Source of the DNA: a virus
Taxonomy: Duplodnaviria; Caudoviricetes
DNA length: 64,000 nucleotides
Reading direction: 5' to 3' (one strand)
IMG/VR virus record: IMGVR_UViG_3300038679_000357
Location: 191,143 to 255,142 of that record
Part shown: positions 1 to 10,264 of the stretch, piece after piece
Layout: every line of letters begins with the position of its first letter
Numbering within the stretch: position 1 is the stretch's first letter
Position numbers and translations under genes: made by a program
Notes under the pieces: generated by a model
Told to the model about the DNA's origin: nothing
What the model saw: the letters and a program-made list of their open reading frames with translations, nothing else
Databases searched by the model: none

Positions 1-2
1 TT

Positions 3-248
3 CGGTTGTCCGAACGAGATATTCAAGTTTCCACCAGCCTGACGAGTATGTCCTTGAAACGCTCCGTTCGCCGAAACAGACCCAACATAATTTTGATACA
101 CTTCTTCATTTCCGACTAAGGGCTTCAATGACATAGCAGCATTTTTTGCAACTTGCGGAACGTCAGACAATGGAATTCCGCGCCTCGCGGCGCGGAAATG
201 ACTTTCAAGAGATGTGGTTATAAGTGGAACGCTTTCATTGCTGATCAT
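3..248 (-). CDS. N-terminal part of a head-region protein that runs off the window edge (possibly the portal; not in the ORF track)
   Basis: I translated it by hand from ATG at 248-246, downstream of an AAGGGA SD-like site. The frame is open to position 3: MISNESVPLITTSLESHFRAARRGIPL...HTRQAGGNLNISFGQP. The portal identity is only a recollection of similar N-termini in large phages. Confidence 0.5.
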   Translation of the reverse strand, partial: MISNESVPLITTSLESHFRAARRGIPLSDVPQVAKNAAMSLKPLVGNEEVYQNYVGSVSANGAFQGHTRQAGGNLNISFGQP

Positions 249-273
249 TTTCAGTCCCTTTTGATCGTAAATG

Positions 274-933
274 TTAATCGCAGAGTCCGCATTCCGCCCC
301 GAAGCCAGCAAGTTCTTTTTCATTCATTTCTTCACCATCCTTCGGGGATGGCTTTCCGGTCTTGCACTTACTACACTCATTTTCCGGCTCACTTTCCTTA
401 ACGAGTTGATTTCCATCATCAACAACAAGTCCAGGAATGTCAACCGATGCATAGATAGAAGTCAAATCAGGATTTTTTACAGCGATCTCTTCGAGCATGA
501 CAATATCCTCGACCGATACACCAGTCGCCAGAGAGATGGAGGCAGTTTTTCTTGGTGAAAGAGTGTTACCAGCCATAACTACTGGAGAAACCATACAGAA
601 CGCCTTTCCAATAGCTTGTTCTTTAGTTGCCTCAGACTTAAAGTCTGTTGTACTTCCTGGATTGCGCTCCTCTTCCAAGCGACGCTCTGTAGAAAACTCT
701 TCTGGACGAGGGAGAGAAGTTCTCATTTTTTCATCTCGACGCATCGGGTGTCCACCGTCATTGCTTTCCGTGTCGAGCTTTCTTTCTTCTCCAAGTTTGG
801 CATTTCCATACCACTCCATGCGCTCATCAACAGAAACCTCAACGTCTTCATCCTTAACAACAGAAACCTCGCCATCACGATTCACTCTGTCGATGCCAAC
901 TTCATTATGATTTCTGACTGCAAAGATTTTCAT
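274..933 (-). CDS. Hypothetical phage protein with C-terminal Cys cluster (CSKC...CGLC)
   Basis: 219-aa ORF in the minus-strand operon, 2 nt from the upstream TAG; contains an RKTAS motif. Confidence 0.7.
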   Translation of the reverse strand: MKIFAVRNHNEVGIDRVNRDGEVSVVKDEDVEVSVDERMEWYGNAKLGEERKLDTESNDGGHPMRRDEKMRTSLPRPEEFSTERRLEEERNPGSTTDFKSEATKEQAIGKAFCMVSPVVMAGNTLSPRKTASISLATGVSVEDIVMLEEIAVKNPDLTSIYASVDIPGLVVDDGNQLVKESEPENECSKCKTGKPSPKDGEEMNEKELAGFGAECGLCD

Positions 934-935
934 AT

Positions 936-1190
936 CTATGTTCCTTTTTCTTTCTCAACGTACTGTTCAACGCCGATTGCATTTGCGATGATCCCAAGCA
1001 TCACCTCGCACACCTTCGACACGCTCTCATAACTGTCAGAAACTATCACTTCAGTGACGGCATCCTTAATGTCTTCAGTGATGTCATGTCCGCAAATACC
1101 GGCAGCAGTAACAATTTTCCACAAAAATGCTTCAGGATCTTTCTTTACCTCTTGATATAAATCATATCCATTAACAAAAAAATTACCCAC
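936..1190 (-). CDS. Hypothetical phage protein
   Basis: 84-aa ORF tightly coupled to both neighbours (1-2 nt gaps). Confidence 0.7.
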   Translation of the reverse strand: MGNFFVNGYDLYQEVKKDPEAFLWKIVTAAGICGHDITEDIKDAVTEVIVSDSYESVSKVCEVMLGIIANAIGVEQYVEKEKGT

Positions 1191-1191
1191 G

Positions 1192-2157
1192 TCATGACCC
1201 CATAGCTTTCTTCAAACTTTCATAAAACAAATCAGAAACCTTATTTGGAACGCTGGAAGTTTGCGCATCCCACGATCTTCCATCCTCTCTTGGTCGTCTT
1301 ATCGCATTCAATCTTGCTTCATTTTCCTTGCGAATGGCATTAGATGTATCAAGTCTTGACTCATTTTCTTTCTGACTTTCTCCAGGCATAATAGACAGTT
1401 GTCCAATAGGTGGTGTCCAATGACGATTCGTATCATCTCCACCGTATCCGCCAATACCAGTTTTTGGAAGAGAAGCAGTATCGACACCTGCGGTTGTTTC
1501 AGTCTCCCACGCCTCCTTATCAAACGAAATAGACTTTTTCCTTAACTCAGACTCAGAAGAAATGAGATCTTTTGTCGATGGAGTATTGTCATTTATTCCA
1601 GAAACATCCGGCGACACTACAGAAGCCTCTCCAACCCTTGGCTTCATATTAGGAGAAACATTATAATCATCGCCACCACGCACGGACCGGACCGAAGACA
1701 ACATTGACGGAGATTCAGAAAGAGTTTTATGACGAATTGCCGATGCACTATCCCACGACTTATTATTAACGAATGATTCTGGATCAGCAAATCCTTTTTT
1801 CACCACATCGACCATCTCTCTCGACTCAACTTTCTTTGGCGTGTCGATAGACACCTTTTCTACAGACTTGGCGATAGATGGATCGGTTGCTTGTATCTTT
1901 GCAGACGGCAGACCAACAATTTCAGCCATCTCCTTTATTTTCGAAACAGAATCTGCATCCATTCTGGCATCATAATAAAAATTACCACCAGACACAGCAG
2001 CCTTCTGAATCCCTTCCATAACTGACAGTTCATTGGAATCATCAATTTTTCCTGGAGCAGACGCACGCTGCGGGACATCTTTTCCAACCACAGACTGCAT
2101 CATCCACGATGGGATCTCATTATTTCCGTTTTTACTTATAATCATGATAATCTCCAA
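1192..2157 (-). CDS. Hypothetical phage protein, low-complexity Ser/Asp/Glu-rich (head/scaffold-like)
   Basis: 321-aa ORF with GGAG SD upstream; follows a terminator/promoter junction. Confidence 0.7.
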   Translation of the reverse strand: MEIIMIISKNGNNEIPSWMMQSVVGKDVPQRASAPGKIDDSNELSVMEGIQKAAVSGGNFYYDARMDADSVSKIKEMAEIVGLPSAKIQATDPSIAKSVEKVSIDTPKKVESREMVDVVKKGFADPESFVNNKSWDSASAIRHKTLSESPSMLSSVRSVRGGDDYNVSPNMKPRVGEASVVSPDVSGINDNTPSTKDLISSESELRKKSISFDKEAWETETTAGVDTASLPKTGIGGYGGDDTNRHWTPPIGQLSIMPGESQKENESRLDTSNAIRKENEARLNAIRRPREDGRSWDAQTSSVPNKVSDLFYESLKKAMGS

Positions 2158-2197
2158 TAATCCATCTATTCAAACGAAACGCACAATCATCCTATGC

Positions 2198-2209
2198 ATT
2201 GTACAACAA
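2198..2209 (-). promoter_or_regulatory. Extended -10-like motif TTGTTGTACAAT
   Basis: Intergenic and sense-oriented upstream of 2157. The same motif recurs at 22298-22309 (-), 58331-58342 (+) and 63524-63535 (+). Confidence 0.45.
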
Positions 2210-2240
2210 AAAGCCCGGCCCGCACTTGACGGACCGGGCT
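2208..2240 (-). terminator. Rho-independent terminator
   Basis: The minus strand reads GAGCCCGGTCCG-TCAAGTG-CGGGCCGGGC-TTTTTG: a GC hairpin plus U-tract just after the stop of 2260..2913. Confidence 0.8.
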
Positions 2241-2259
2241 CAAAAACACAACTCGACGA

Positions 2260-2913
2260 TTAAGCCTTAAAATCCTTAATCATCAGCTTGACGTACTCGG
2301 GATCATATCCAAGCATCTCGGTCCAATAAGCTTGAACCTGTTTCTTGGTGTCGCCAGACAAAGCGGCAACCCTTACGAAAGTACGCTTATCGCTGGCTAC
2401 GATAAGAGCATCCTCTTCGCTGTCGTCTTCATCTTCAACATCACCAACTGTCTCGGAAGAAAGACCTTCACCCTCTGTCTCGCTGTCTTCAGAAACGTCG
2501 GTCTCGTCGGAAACATCCTCAACCTCGATTTCAACTTCGTCGACTTCCTCAGTCGGAACGTCGCCACTGGCGAGATCGGCAACGTCTTTAACGTCATCTG
2601 CGACATCCTGCAACTTTTCCTGCACGGCAGCAACATCATCGACGACGTCGGCAACACGAGCGGCAAGATCACCACCCTCAGACGGAAGAGACTCATCTTC
2701 CACGGTTCCGGGAATATCGACTGTCGTTTCTTCAGACACGTCAACGGTAGATTCCGGAGAAGTGCCGACTTCAGTTTCCTCAACGTCAACCGTTACAGGA
2801 GCTGCAAAGCCCTTCAATTGCTCGTCGGTGATGGCATCGACTCCGACAAGCTCGTCCTGAGAACGCTTTTCGAACCAATCCATGCGCTTTCCACCGGCTG
2901 ATAGAATAATCAT
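2260..2913 (-). CDS. Highly acidic phage protein (scaffold/internal-head-like)
   Basis: D/E-rich ORF. A strong GGAGGT SD precedes ATG at 2913, so this start is preferred over the track start 2997. Contains an MDWFEK leader and an RVAA motif. Confidence 0.75.
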   Translation of the reverse strand: MIILSAGGKRMDWFEKRSQDELVGVDAITDEQLKGFAAPVTVDVEETEVGTSPESTVDVSEETTVDIPGTVEDESLPSEGGDLAARVADVVDDVAAVQEKLQDVADDVKDVADLASGDVPTEEVDEVEIEVEDVSDETDVSEDSETEGEGLSSETVGDVEDEDDSEEDALIVASDKRTFVRVAALSGDTKKQVQAYWTEMLGYDPEYVKLMIKDFKA

Positions 2914-3059
2914 GTTATTACCTCCATTTAGGATAGTCTTGTTTGTCAAAAACCGTACGTGTTCCGGCATAAAGCCAGCCCAACCACGATTGTACACCGT
3001 CTACGTTTCAATATATCTCATTAAAACTCCTCTTTTCTACAGTTAAAGAATCGGAAACA

Positions 3060-3950
3060 TCATGGTGGCGGCAATGTGTGAATTTCAATTGAGTGCGCCA
3101 CACAACCTCCTGGAATAACAGACATACTGTAGGTCAGATCATCCGGTCCACAATCAACTATAAACGGAGATGTAAACTCCACGCACGGAGAAACACCACA
3201 ATAGACTCCGAATACCCACCTGCTTCCAACCAGTCGAAGAATCCCATTTCCTCCTAAACTTCCATCGTCAAAATACATACATGGAGAAATTCGTTGCATG
3301 CGATGAGAACCAATTAAATCAATACAGTCAATACATCCACCGCAACCACCAACCCCAGTAACCCCATCGAAAACAACATAATATTCTTCACTAAGAGACG
3401 AATCGCAGTAACTACACTGCACCTCAGCCACGTGCGAGCTATGACTGTGAGATGAACTTTCTGGATTATATGACGAAGATGAGCTTGAATAACTGGCACT
3501 TGAGCTTGAGCCAACGATAGACGGATCTCCTCCGACATACTCAACGGACACCTCAAATGTCGCCAAAGAGGAATCAACGTAAGAAGCCTTCGGAGATGCC
3601 GCCATATGAATATATTTCGTCAAACTCGTAGATCTCATTGGTATGGTCAATACCGATCCAATTCCACAAAAATACTGAGTAAAAGAAACTGCAGGATTAA
3701 GAGCATCTAAAATAGCTACGGCAAAAAGACCATCATCACACAATCCGATGGATGATGGTACAGAATTATCTTTATCAACCGATAAAAAACTTAATTTAAC
3801 CGATGACACGGATCGAATTCCGGAAACAGCAATATCAAATGCAATGGCTTCTCCAATACGTCCAGATTGACATACGCCAAAGTCCAGCGAAGAAACAGCT
3901 CCTTCGCATAAACCTGTAGATAAATCATACTTTCTTACAGTTACTTCCAT
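3060..3950 (-). CDS. Virion structural protein with poly-Ser tract and Cys-rich C-terminus; N-terminal domain paralogous to 5579..6016
   Basis: Likely start is ATG 3950, overlapping the upstream TAA (TAATG). VTVRKYDLSTG...SLDFG aligns with IVREYNPTTG...ELEFG. Confidence 0.65.
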   Translation of the reverse strand: MEVTVRKYDLSTGLCEGAVSSLDFGVCQSGRIGEAIAFDIAVSGIRSVSSVKLSFLSVDKDNSVPSSIGLCDDGLFAVAILDALNPAVSFTQYFCGIGSVLTIPMRSTSLTKYIHMAASPKASYVDSSLATFEVSVEYVGGDPSIVGSSSSASYSSSSSSYNPESSSHSHSSHVAEVQCSYCDSSLSEEYYVVFDGVTGVGGCGGCIDCIDLIGSHRMQRISPCMYFDDGSLGGNGILRLVGSRWVFGVYCGVSPCVEFTSPFIVDCGPDDLTYSMSVIPGGCVAHSIEIHTLPPP

Positions 3951-5572
3951 TAAACACCACACGCACAGTTATAGTCAATAATAAACGCAGAGTTAGGCGC
4001 TCCAGATGCCGTAAATCTATATGTTGCGGAATAAATAAATGTATGGTCTACATAGCTATAGCTCCCCCAACTACCATACGCAACCCACGAAGATCCATCC
4101 CAACGCTGAATATCCCACGAGTTATTTATGGCTGTCGATATAAAAACTCTATCTCCATCGTTAAAATATACATCAACAGGCGGTGGAGTATTATTATTTG
4201 TGTCAATCCTAATAAGAATACATCCATTTGGGTCTGGATTGTTACAATATCCAGATGGATACCAATAGTAATGACACATATTTCCGTATGCACATGCAGG
4301 AGCGCCATAAGTTGAACAACATGTATATCCAGGAATATATGGATCAGTTGAACTTGAACTACTAGATGACGAACTTGAACTCGATGAAGAGCTATAGCTC
4401 GACGAACTAGAAAAAGATCCAGAAGAGCTTGATGACGGACTGTTTGATGAACTTGAACTCGGGAAAGATTCATCGACTCCAATCAAATGAAGCCACCTGC
4501 ATTTTCTCCACGGAATCCACTTTGATGAAATATAATCAAAATACGACACCGACAGTCCAGACTCGCCAAGAGAGTAGGCAACTGGACATTTCCAATGTCG
4601 ATGAACTATAACGCCAGATCTATATTCGCATGTCACGCCAGGATCAAACGGGCGAATATTCCCATTCATTGCAGACCATCTTCCGCCAGGCGTACAAACA
4701 GATACCGACTGGCGAAATATATTTTCCTCAATATCGTATGTCACAGACGAAACAGCGGCAGTGCCATCAGTTGAAATATCATACGAATTCCACCTAGACC
4801 ACCTATCCGGATCAGACACATAACGAAACGGCGTTTCTCCATCAAAAGAATAAGAACGAAAGTAGTTGTACGACTCAGACTCTCTTAGAATAAAGAGAAA
4901 GGGGGCGTTACACCAGAATGAATACGTATCTCCTCCAAATTCAACAGACTTAAAACTCTGTTTTGGGTAAGAAACCATCATCTTTGAAGCAAGAATGGTA
5001 ATGTCATTTCCAACCAATAACGCCCCATGAAGAATGTATCCTGACAGAGAAGTGACCATTTGGACTCTCGAACTCATGTCATATACTCTGATCACATTAC
5101 GAGAATCCTGAACAACGAGCATCACTCCACCATCCGGCATATAAACGGGAACAGACACACAGGCTTCTATATTTGGTAGAAGTGAATCATTCCCATAGAC
5201 TGGCTTCCACTCCCTCGGATCGACAACATCTGGCTTGAATCTTTTTCTAACAAGAATAGGAGCATCAAATTCAGAAACGGACGGATGATAAACTCTTGGG
5301 TCAAAGGATGGAACTGAAATAATAGGTTGTGACGCCCTATCTTCTGCTAAAAACGGAGTAGCTCCAGCAATATTTATGTTTTGCCTGACGGTGGATACTA
5401 AATCAACAGACGTTAAGGCGGCAAAGTTCTGATTAGTATACCATACCGCACCAGAGCCATCAATCATAGCGACATGAAGCTTTTTCCCAGAAAACATCCC
5501 CATTTCCACAATGCCAGAGCCGACAAAGTGAAACGACAAATCATAAGAACCACATTGTTCTATAACCGACAT
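3950..5572 (-). CDS. Virion structural protein (beta-rich) with ~40-aa Ser-rich tract and Cys/Tyr-rich C-terminal domain
   Basis: 540-aa ORF; SSSSSNSPSSSSSGSFSSSSSYSSSSSSSSSSSSSS tract at about 4345-4465. Confidence 0.7.
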   Translation of the reverse strand: MSVIEQCGSYDLSFHFVGSGIVEMGMFSGKKLHVAMIDGSGAVWYTNQNFAALTSVDLVSTVRQNINIAGATPFLAEDRASQPIISVPSFDPRVYHPSVSEFDAPILVRKRFKPDVVDPREWKPVYGNDSLLPNIEACVSVPVYMPDGGVMLVVQDSRNVIRVYDMSSRVQMVTSLSGYILHGALLVGNDITILASKMMVSYPKQSFKSVEFGGDTYSFWCNAPFLFILRESESYNYFRSYSFDGETPFRYVSDPDRWSRWNSYDISTDGTAAVSSVTYDIEENIFRQSVSVCTPGGRWSAMNGNIRPFDPGVTCEYRSGVIVHRHWKCPVAYSLGESGLSVSYFDYISSKWIPWRKCRWLHLIGVDESFPSSSSSNSPSSSSSGSFSSSSSYSSSSSSSSSSSSSSSTDPYIPGYTCCSTYGAPACAYGNMCHYYWYPSGYCNNPDPNGCILIRIDTNNNTPPPVDVYFNDGDRVFISTAINNSWDIQRWDGSSWVAYGSWGSYSYVDHTFIYSATYRFTASGAPNSAFIIDYNCACGV

Positions 5573-5578
5573 TCGACC

Positions 5579-6016
5579 TCAAGAAACGTCAAAAATCCAT
5601 TGATATGATACAGTTCCTGTTCCAACCTTATTGGAATTCATTCTGACATTTAAATAAACGTATTGAGACACTCGTGAAGATCTTCCACCAACGGTTACAG
5701 GGGTATTCACTCCTGCAAAAAACCTGGTCAACGTATTTCTAGGCACAAAATCGACATCGTGTTCGATACCAAAATTCCCATTGCCAGCCGATCCATCCGC
5801 CGTGATGTCAGTTGGAGAATCGTTAACTCCGATAAAATCAGAAGCTGTTATTTGAAGCCTCACATTGGAGATAGAATCAACTCCCTCAACTGTCAAATCA
5901 ACAACTCTCACCGGACTATATTTTCCAACTGGAATGTGCCCAAATTCCAATTCATTCACCACGCCGACAAATTTGCCGGTTGTTGGATTATACTCTCTAA
6001 CAATGGTGGTGGGCAT
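5579..6016 (-). CDS. Small beta-sandwich virion structural protein
   Basis: 145-aa ORF with GAGG SD; paralog of the N-terminus of 3060..3950. Confidence 0.7.
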   Translation of the reverse strand: MPTTIVREYNPTTGKFVGVVNELEFGHIPVGKYSPVRVVDLTVEGVDSISNVRLQITASDFIGVNDSPTDITADGSAGNGNFGIEHDVDFVPRNTLTRFFAGVNTPVTVGGRSSRVSQYVYLNVRMNSNKVGTGTVSYQWIFDVS

Positions 6017-6083
6017 GAAATACCTCTTGAAAAAGCTTGTTGTTTAACATATTTTACCGATTATTTTCATAAAACACCTACCA

Positions 6084-7385
6084 TCAAGGAAGCATTGGTG
6101 GAGCCCATGGACCATCGGCAACAACCCTCCAGAAAGAGTACAACGGAGATATTCCGCTGTAAACTGTCGGCATAACGTGAGTGGCAACAACATTAAAAAT
6201 ACGCGGCATCCCTCCCTCAGACGGAGAAACCATAGAGGAGCCGTCAAAGTACATGAATTCAGGTCTGGATAACTCATCATACGAAAAAGCATAATGAACC
6301 AGTGACGTAGAAAGAGGATCTGGAATAAGATCTCCTGGATCAGAAAAATAATCGACAAAATTAGGGCTGGTCCCGTAAATTACCTGTATGTGATAATCTG
6401 TACTCTGCCCAGAAGGAATTGACATTACAATAGACGGCGTATAAGACTGACCAACATCGTCAAAAGACGCCCTTGGAATAAATATCTTCGACGTCCATCC
6501 AGACGATCCTCCAATCCACTTAACCCGACTACACACGTAAAGAGGAGATGAAATCGGGATTGAATTTGTAAAGAGAATCATCTTTTTTCCGGAATAAGAA
6601 GAGCTAACGCCAGAAAAAGGAAATGGCAAAATGGAATAACCATCAAAAAACCTAAACCCGGACGGATTAACACCACTATCGGCGTGAATGATGTAATCTC
6701 CACCAGAAAGATAGTAAGACGGCAGAGGAGACAAACCGACATAGACTTCAGCATGAACATTAAGAGACCACGTTATTCCTTCGCAAATATCAAATACTTG
6801 CGGAAAAACAGCCGATGGATCAAACGTATTCATCGATGGAGATGCATACGAAACATGCCTAATACCAGTAAACGAGCCATTTGCGACAAAAGAATCGGAA
6901 AGATAATATACTGGACGCCAATACACATATAACGGGGAGACGGGGCACGAAAGGTTAAGAATAATGAGTGATACGCTTTTTCCTATCTGACTAGATCCAA
7001 GACCGATATTCGCCCCAGAAGAAGGGAAGCAATATACCGAGTCAGATTCCAAGAAGAAGCCTCCTGCGTCATTGGAAAAACGCTCTGCAACCAACCCGTC
7101 TGTATCCCATCCAGTATACGAAAAATCAGGAGACGTCGAAACAACAACATGAAAATGTACTCTATCATACAATGGATTGTATCCTGGAACGGTCATTCTG
7201 CAATGAATTCCGAATCCGGTAAAACTTGTCAGCGACAAATCAGCCGGTACGAGATCATCAACCGAATCTCTCTTTGATGGAAGTGGACCAAAACCAACCG
7301 TTCCGGCGTTCAAAACAGCGGCGTTAACGCCTCCATCAAACCAAGCGAGCTTGGCATCAACTGGATACATCATGTCCCGCTGCAT
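6084..7385 (-). CDS. Hypothetical structural protein (aromatic/Ser-rich beta protein)
   Basis: 433-aa ORF in the structural operon, coupled to the upstream stop. Confidence 0.65.
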   Translation of the reverse strand: MQRDMMYPVDAKLAWFDGGVNAAVLNAGTVGFGPLPSKRDSVDDLVPADLSLTSFTGFGIHCRMTVPGYNPLYDRVHFHVVVSTSPDFSYTGWDTDGLVAERFSNDAGGFFLESDSVYCFPSSGANIGLGSSQIGKSVSLIILNLSCPVSPLYVYWRPVYYLSDSFVANGSFTGIRHVSYASPSMNTFDPSAVFPQVFDICEGITWSLNVHAEVYVGLSPLPSYYLSGGDYIIHADSGVNPSGFRFFDGYSILPFPFSGVSSSYSGKKMILFTNSIPISSPLYVCSRVKWIGGSSGWTSKIFIPRASFDDVGQSYTPSIVMSIPSGQSTDYHIQVIYGTSPNFVDYFSDPGDLIPDPLSTSLVHYAFSYDELSRPEFMYFDGSSMVSPSEGGMPRIFNVVATHVMPTVYSGISPLYSFWRVVADGPWAPPMLP

Positions 7386-7386
7386 A

Positions 7387-7659
7387 TTACCACCTCCTCA
7401 TCGCCCCGTCTAACGGACATCTTGCTGAGGCAAATTTTGTCTTGATAAGCATCACACAGCCACATACATCGCACATCCCGTTAGAAAATCTTGGACACAA
7501 CTTACACATAGCTTGCCTTCTGGCAGACTCAGAATTACTAACAAACACCACTTTTTTCTTAAAATATGTCTTAAAAACCGATGGAATAAAACTCCATAGG
7601 CTTAAAACCCTCTTTGATATCTGTTTCCAAATACACTTCATGTGATAATTGTACATCAT
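7387..7659 (-). CDS. Small Cys-rich metal-binding protein (DUF6171-like)
   Basis: RRQAMCKLCPRF...GMCDVCGC...KTKFASARCPL pattern. Confidence 0.6.
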   Translation of the reverse strand: MMYNYHMKCIWKQISKRVLSLWSFIPSVFKTYFKKKVVFVSNSESARRQAMCKLCPRFSNGMCDVCGCVMLIKTKFASARCPLDGAMRRW

Positions 7660-8417
7660 TTTTCTACGTCAATGATTCCCTTCTCATAAACAGTAGAAAA
7701 TCTTCCTATGAAATACTCTCCTGGAAATGAAAAATCTACAGATTGAGCGTAAACAATGTCGCCAACTCCATCTTCTGTTGCGGGAACTTCTTCCGTATCA
7801 TCATGATAGGCAAGAACACTCCATTGCGCAGACAAATTATAGTCATACACGGTATTAACCAACGGAATGTCAACATCAGACAACTCAGGAAGATAGAGGT
7901 CAGAGGTTCTTCCAGCGTCCGTCCATACGGTTCTTCCAATTATCTCAAAATTTCTGGACGCAACGGGTATGGTATATCCAGGAGGAACAGCAGAAACCGT
8001 AGCAACTGTCGAAAAATCAAGAAACAGAACCCCCTTTCCAGAATTTACGTAAGACAAAATATTTGCCTTTGACAACGGAGAAATATTATTGTTTCCAGCC
8101 CCTTCGACAATTAAACAATCATACTCATTCAATATGGATGACATCGACAACTTCCCGGCGTCAATCCTTTCTATAGAAACAAAATCAGCCTGAAAAATAC
8201 CAGTATCAACTGAATCTACTCCATCGGCGATATCAACAACGGCGGCGGCAATTGATTCTCCATCTATCTTCCCTGACAACCATCCAAGAAGACGCCTACG
8301 AAACGTTGAGCTAACGGCTTCTCCATTAGTACATACTGCATTCAACCTTCCTGGAATAAAAGCAAATCTACCAGAACCATACGTTGCAACAGCAAGAGAT
8401 ATTGCTCTATAGCTCAC
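7656..8417 (-). CDS. Hypothetical protein (alpha/beta, possibly class I glutamine-amidotransferase-like fold)
   Basis: 253-aa ORF with 4-bp overlaps; YDCLIVEG...ILSYVNSGKGVLF resembles ThuA/GATase-like segments. Confidence 0.55.
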   Translation of the reverse strand: MSYRAISLAVATYGSGRFAFIPGRLNAVCTNGEAVSSTFRRRLLGWLSGKIDGESIAAAVVDIADGVDSVDTGIFQADFVSIERIDAGKLSMSSILNEYDCLIVEGAGNNNISPLSKANILSYVNSGKGVLFLDFSTVATVSAVPPGYTIPVASRNFEIIGRTVWTDAGRTSDLYLPELSDVDIPLVNTVYDYNLSAQWSVLAYHDDTEEVPATEDGVGDIVYAQSVDFSFPGEYFIGRFSTVYEKGIIDVEK

Positions 8418-9364
8418 AAATTCACCTCATTGTTCGTCGGAGCTTCAAACGACAATGCAAACTCATGAATCACCGGAGATAATAGCGAATCATGCGAAGA
8501 TAGTCTTGCTCCAACCTTAAACCTTTTACCAAAAGACGGGGGGATGGACACAATACGGTCAAGATCAATCGGAACGTAATCTTTCCAATCCCCAGACCCA
8601 CCAGGACCGACTCCAAATACAATATCTGTTTTTCTTGGAATAGACATAGAAGCTGTGAGTAACGCATGACCAGGGGTTCCAGACTCTATTCTTATCGCAT
8701 CGCTAAAGAAATACACCGAATGTGCCCCAACATAGGAAATTTCCATTTCAGCAACATATGGTCGATCCACACGTGAGGAGGTTGACATTTCAACCATAAA
8801 TTGCATGAATCTCCCCTTCAAATTAAATCGGTCAAGATCGATAATTAAGCGGTCTCCGTATAGATATGACTCTTCGCCACGATATCTATGCATCCAATCA
8901 GAAGATGCCAACGCCTCTTCGCTATCAGCAACCTTAACATAGATATCAACAAAGGAATTTCCAGGAGTTGTCTGCTTCCAAGAAAAGGTTTTCCAGTAGC
9001 CAAGCCCATCGCCAGCGTTAAGTACATTAGATATGTACCTGCCATATACTACTTCCTTAATGTTTGCTCCATACACATCTCCGGCTGGGAAGGAAACATA
9101 ACTTCCATCTTGATTAGCGGAAATAACTGCGTCAAAAAGGTCATACACCATCGAGAAAGAAGCAACGCCTGTTCGATCTCCATGACCATCATATACCGAA
9201 GAAAATATAGATGTTGGACCATATTTACCATACGATAAAGGAATGCTGGAAACAATATACGTATCGCCAGAGTCAGACAAGGCATAAACATTCCCTCTTC
9301 CAGAGTCATATACGACTGAGGAGAAACTTGAACCATCCTGCGTTGAAAGTATTTTTTTAAACAT
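8414..9364 (-). CDS. Virion structural protein (baseplate/tail-type beta sandwich)
   Basis: 316 aa; WKTFSWKQTTP...YVKVADSEEAL..SDW and RFMQFMVEM segments resemble large-phage structural proteins. Confidence 0.6.
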   Translation of the reverse strand: MFKKILSTQDGSSFSSVVYDSGRGNVYALSDSGDTYIVSSIPLSYGKYGPTSIFSSVYDGHGDRTGVASFSMVYDLFDAVISANQDGSYVSFPAGDVYGANIKEVVYGRYISNVLNAGDGLGYWKTFSWKQTTPGNSFVDIYVKVADSEEALASSDWMHRYRGEESYLYGDRLIIDLDRFNLKGRFMQFMVEMSTSSRVDRPYVAEMEISYVGAHSVYFFSDAIRIESGTPGHALLTASMSIPRKTDIVFGVGPGGSGDWKDYVPIDLDRIVSIPPSFGKRFKVGARLSSHDSLLSPVIHEFALSFEAPTNNEVNL

Positions 9365-9367
9365 AAG

Positions 9368-10264
9368 TTACCCAGGAACCAAATAAATTGATGTATCGTT
9401 TCCAATCTGATCCGGCATTCCATTAGACTTGAACTTGACAGTTGAAAGTGCGACCGATAGATCCGACGATCTTACATACGCCATTTCAATAGTAGGAGCG
9501 TTTCCGCCTCTAGGAACTGTTCCATAAGAAGCAACGCCAGAAGATAGAAGTGCCCCATCATGTAAAAAGTTTAAGCCGCCAGTAAATATGTGCTTCCCAA
9601 GAATATATCCAGACAGATTTGGAAGACCAGAAGGCGGAGTTGCGACGGGCATGCTTCTATTGACGTCATAAAACCAAGAAACAGACCAAGAAAAAGACGA
9701 ATATGACAAACCCCTATCTCCACCATCAACTGCTATAAAAGAGGAAGAAGCCCCAGGAAGAACAGTTCCAGTTGACAATGGAGTGCTGTCATCCATAAAC
9801 GGAGTCCAAACATACAATAAAGAAACAGACGGGTAGTAATCAACGCCGCCAACTACGACCTGTGACATTGATAGGAATGAATCAGACACATACACCGAAT
9901 GTGTCGTATCCATCGAACATATTTCCTGCCGCATGGCGATAAATTCACCAATCTTATATGAATGCGACCTAACAGTAGACGTCCATACCTTTAATTGAAT
10001 AGAGGCATTTTCCGTAACAGAAGAGGTAGGGACAAGTTCGTAAACAACTGACGCCCCCGATGAAGCTGGAATAGACTCTACGTGGAATGGATCAAAATCA
10101 AGAAGATATTTCCCATCATACCTCAAAGTAGAGAAAATTAACGAACCAGCATCAACTCCGATCAAGCAAGGTCCATACTCTTGCGATAAGCCAACACTTC
10201 TTTTTGGAGAGAGTTGAAAATATCTAATGCCGCTAACAGGATCAGGAATTTGTGTTATCGACAC
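9368..10264 (-). CDS. Hypothetical structural protein
   Basis: 298-aa ORF within the operon. Confidence 0.6.
   Translation of the reverse strand: MSITQIPDPVSGIRYFQLSPKRSVGLSQEYGPCLIGVDAGSLIFSTLRYDGKYLLDFDPFHVESIPASSGASVVYELVPTSSVTENASIQLKVWTSTVRSHSYKIGEFIAMRQEICSMDTTHSVYVSDSFLSMSQVVVGGVDYYPSVSLLYVWTPFMDDSTPLSTGTVLPGASSSFIAVDGGDRGLSYSSFSWSVSWFYDVNRSMPVATPPSGLPNLSGYILGKHIFTGGLNFLHDGALLSSGVASYGTVPRGGNAPTIEMAYVRSSDLSVALSTVKFKSNGMPDQIGNDTSIYLVPG

Noticed and set aside
497-2901. Plus-strand Ser-rich ORFs (497..910, 2332..2901, 2345..2860)
   Set aside because: These are antisense shadows of acidic minus-strand genes; GAA/GAC codons read as Ser/Phe/Val on the other strand.
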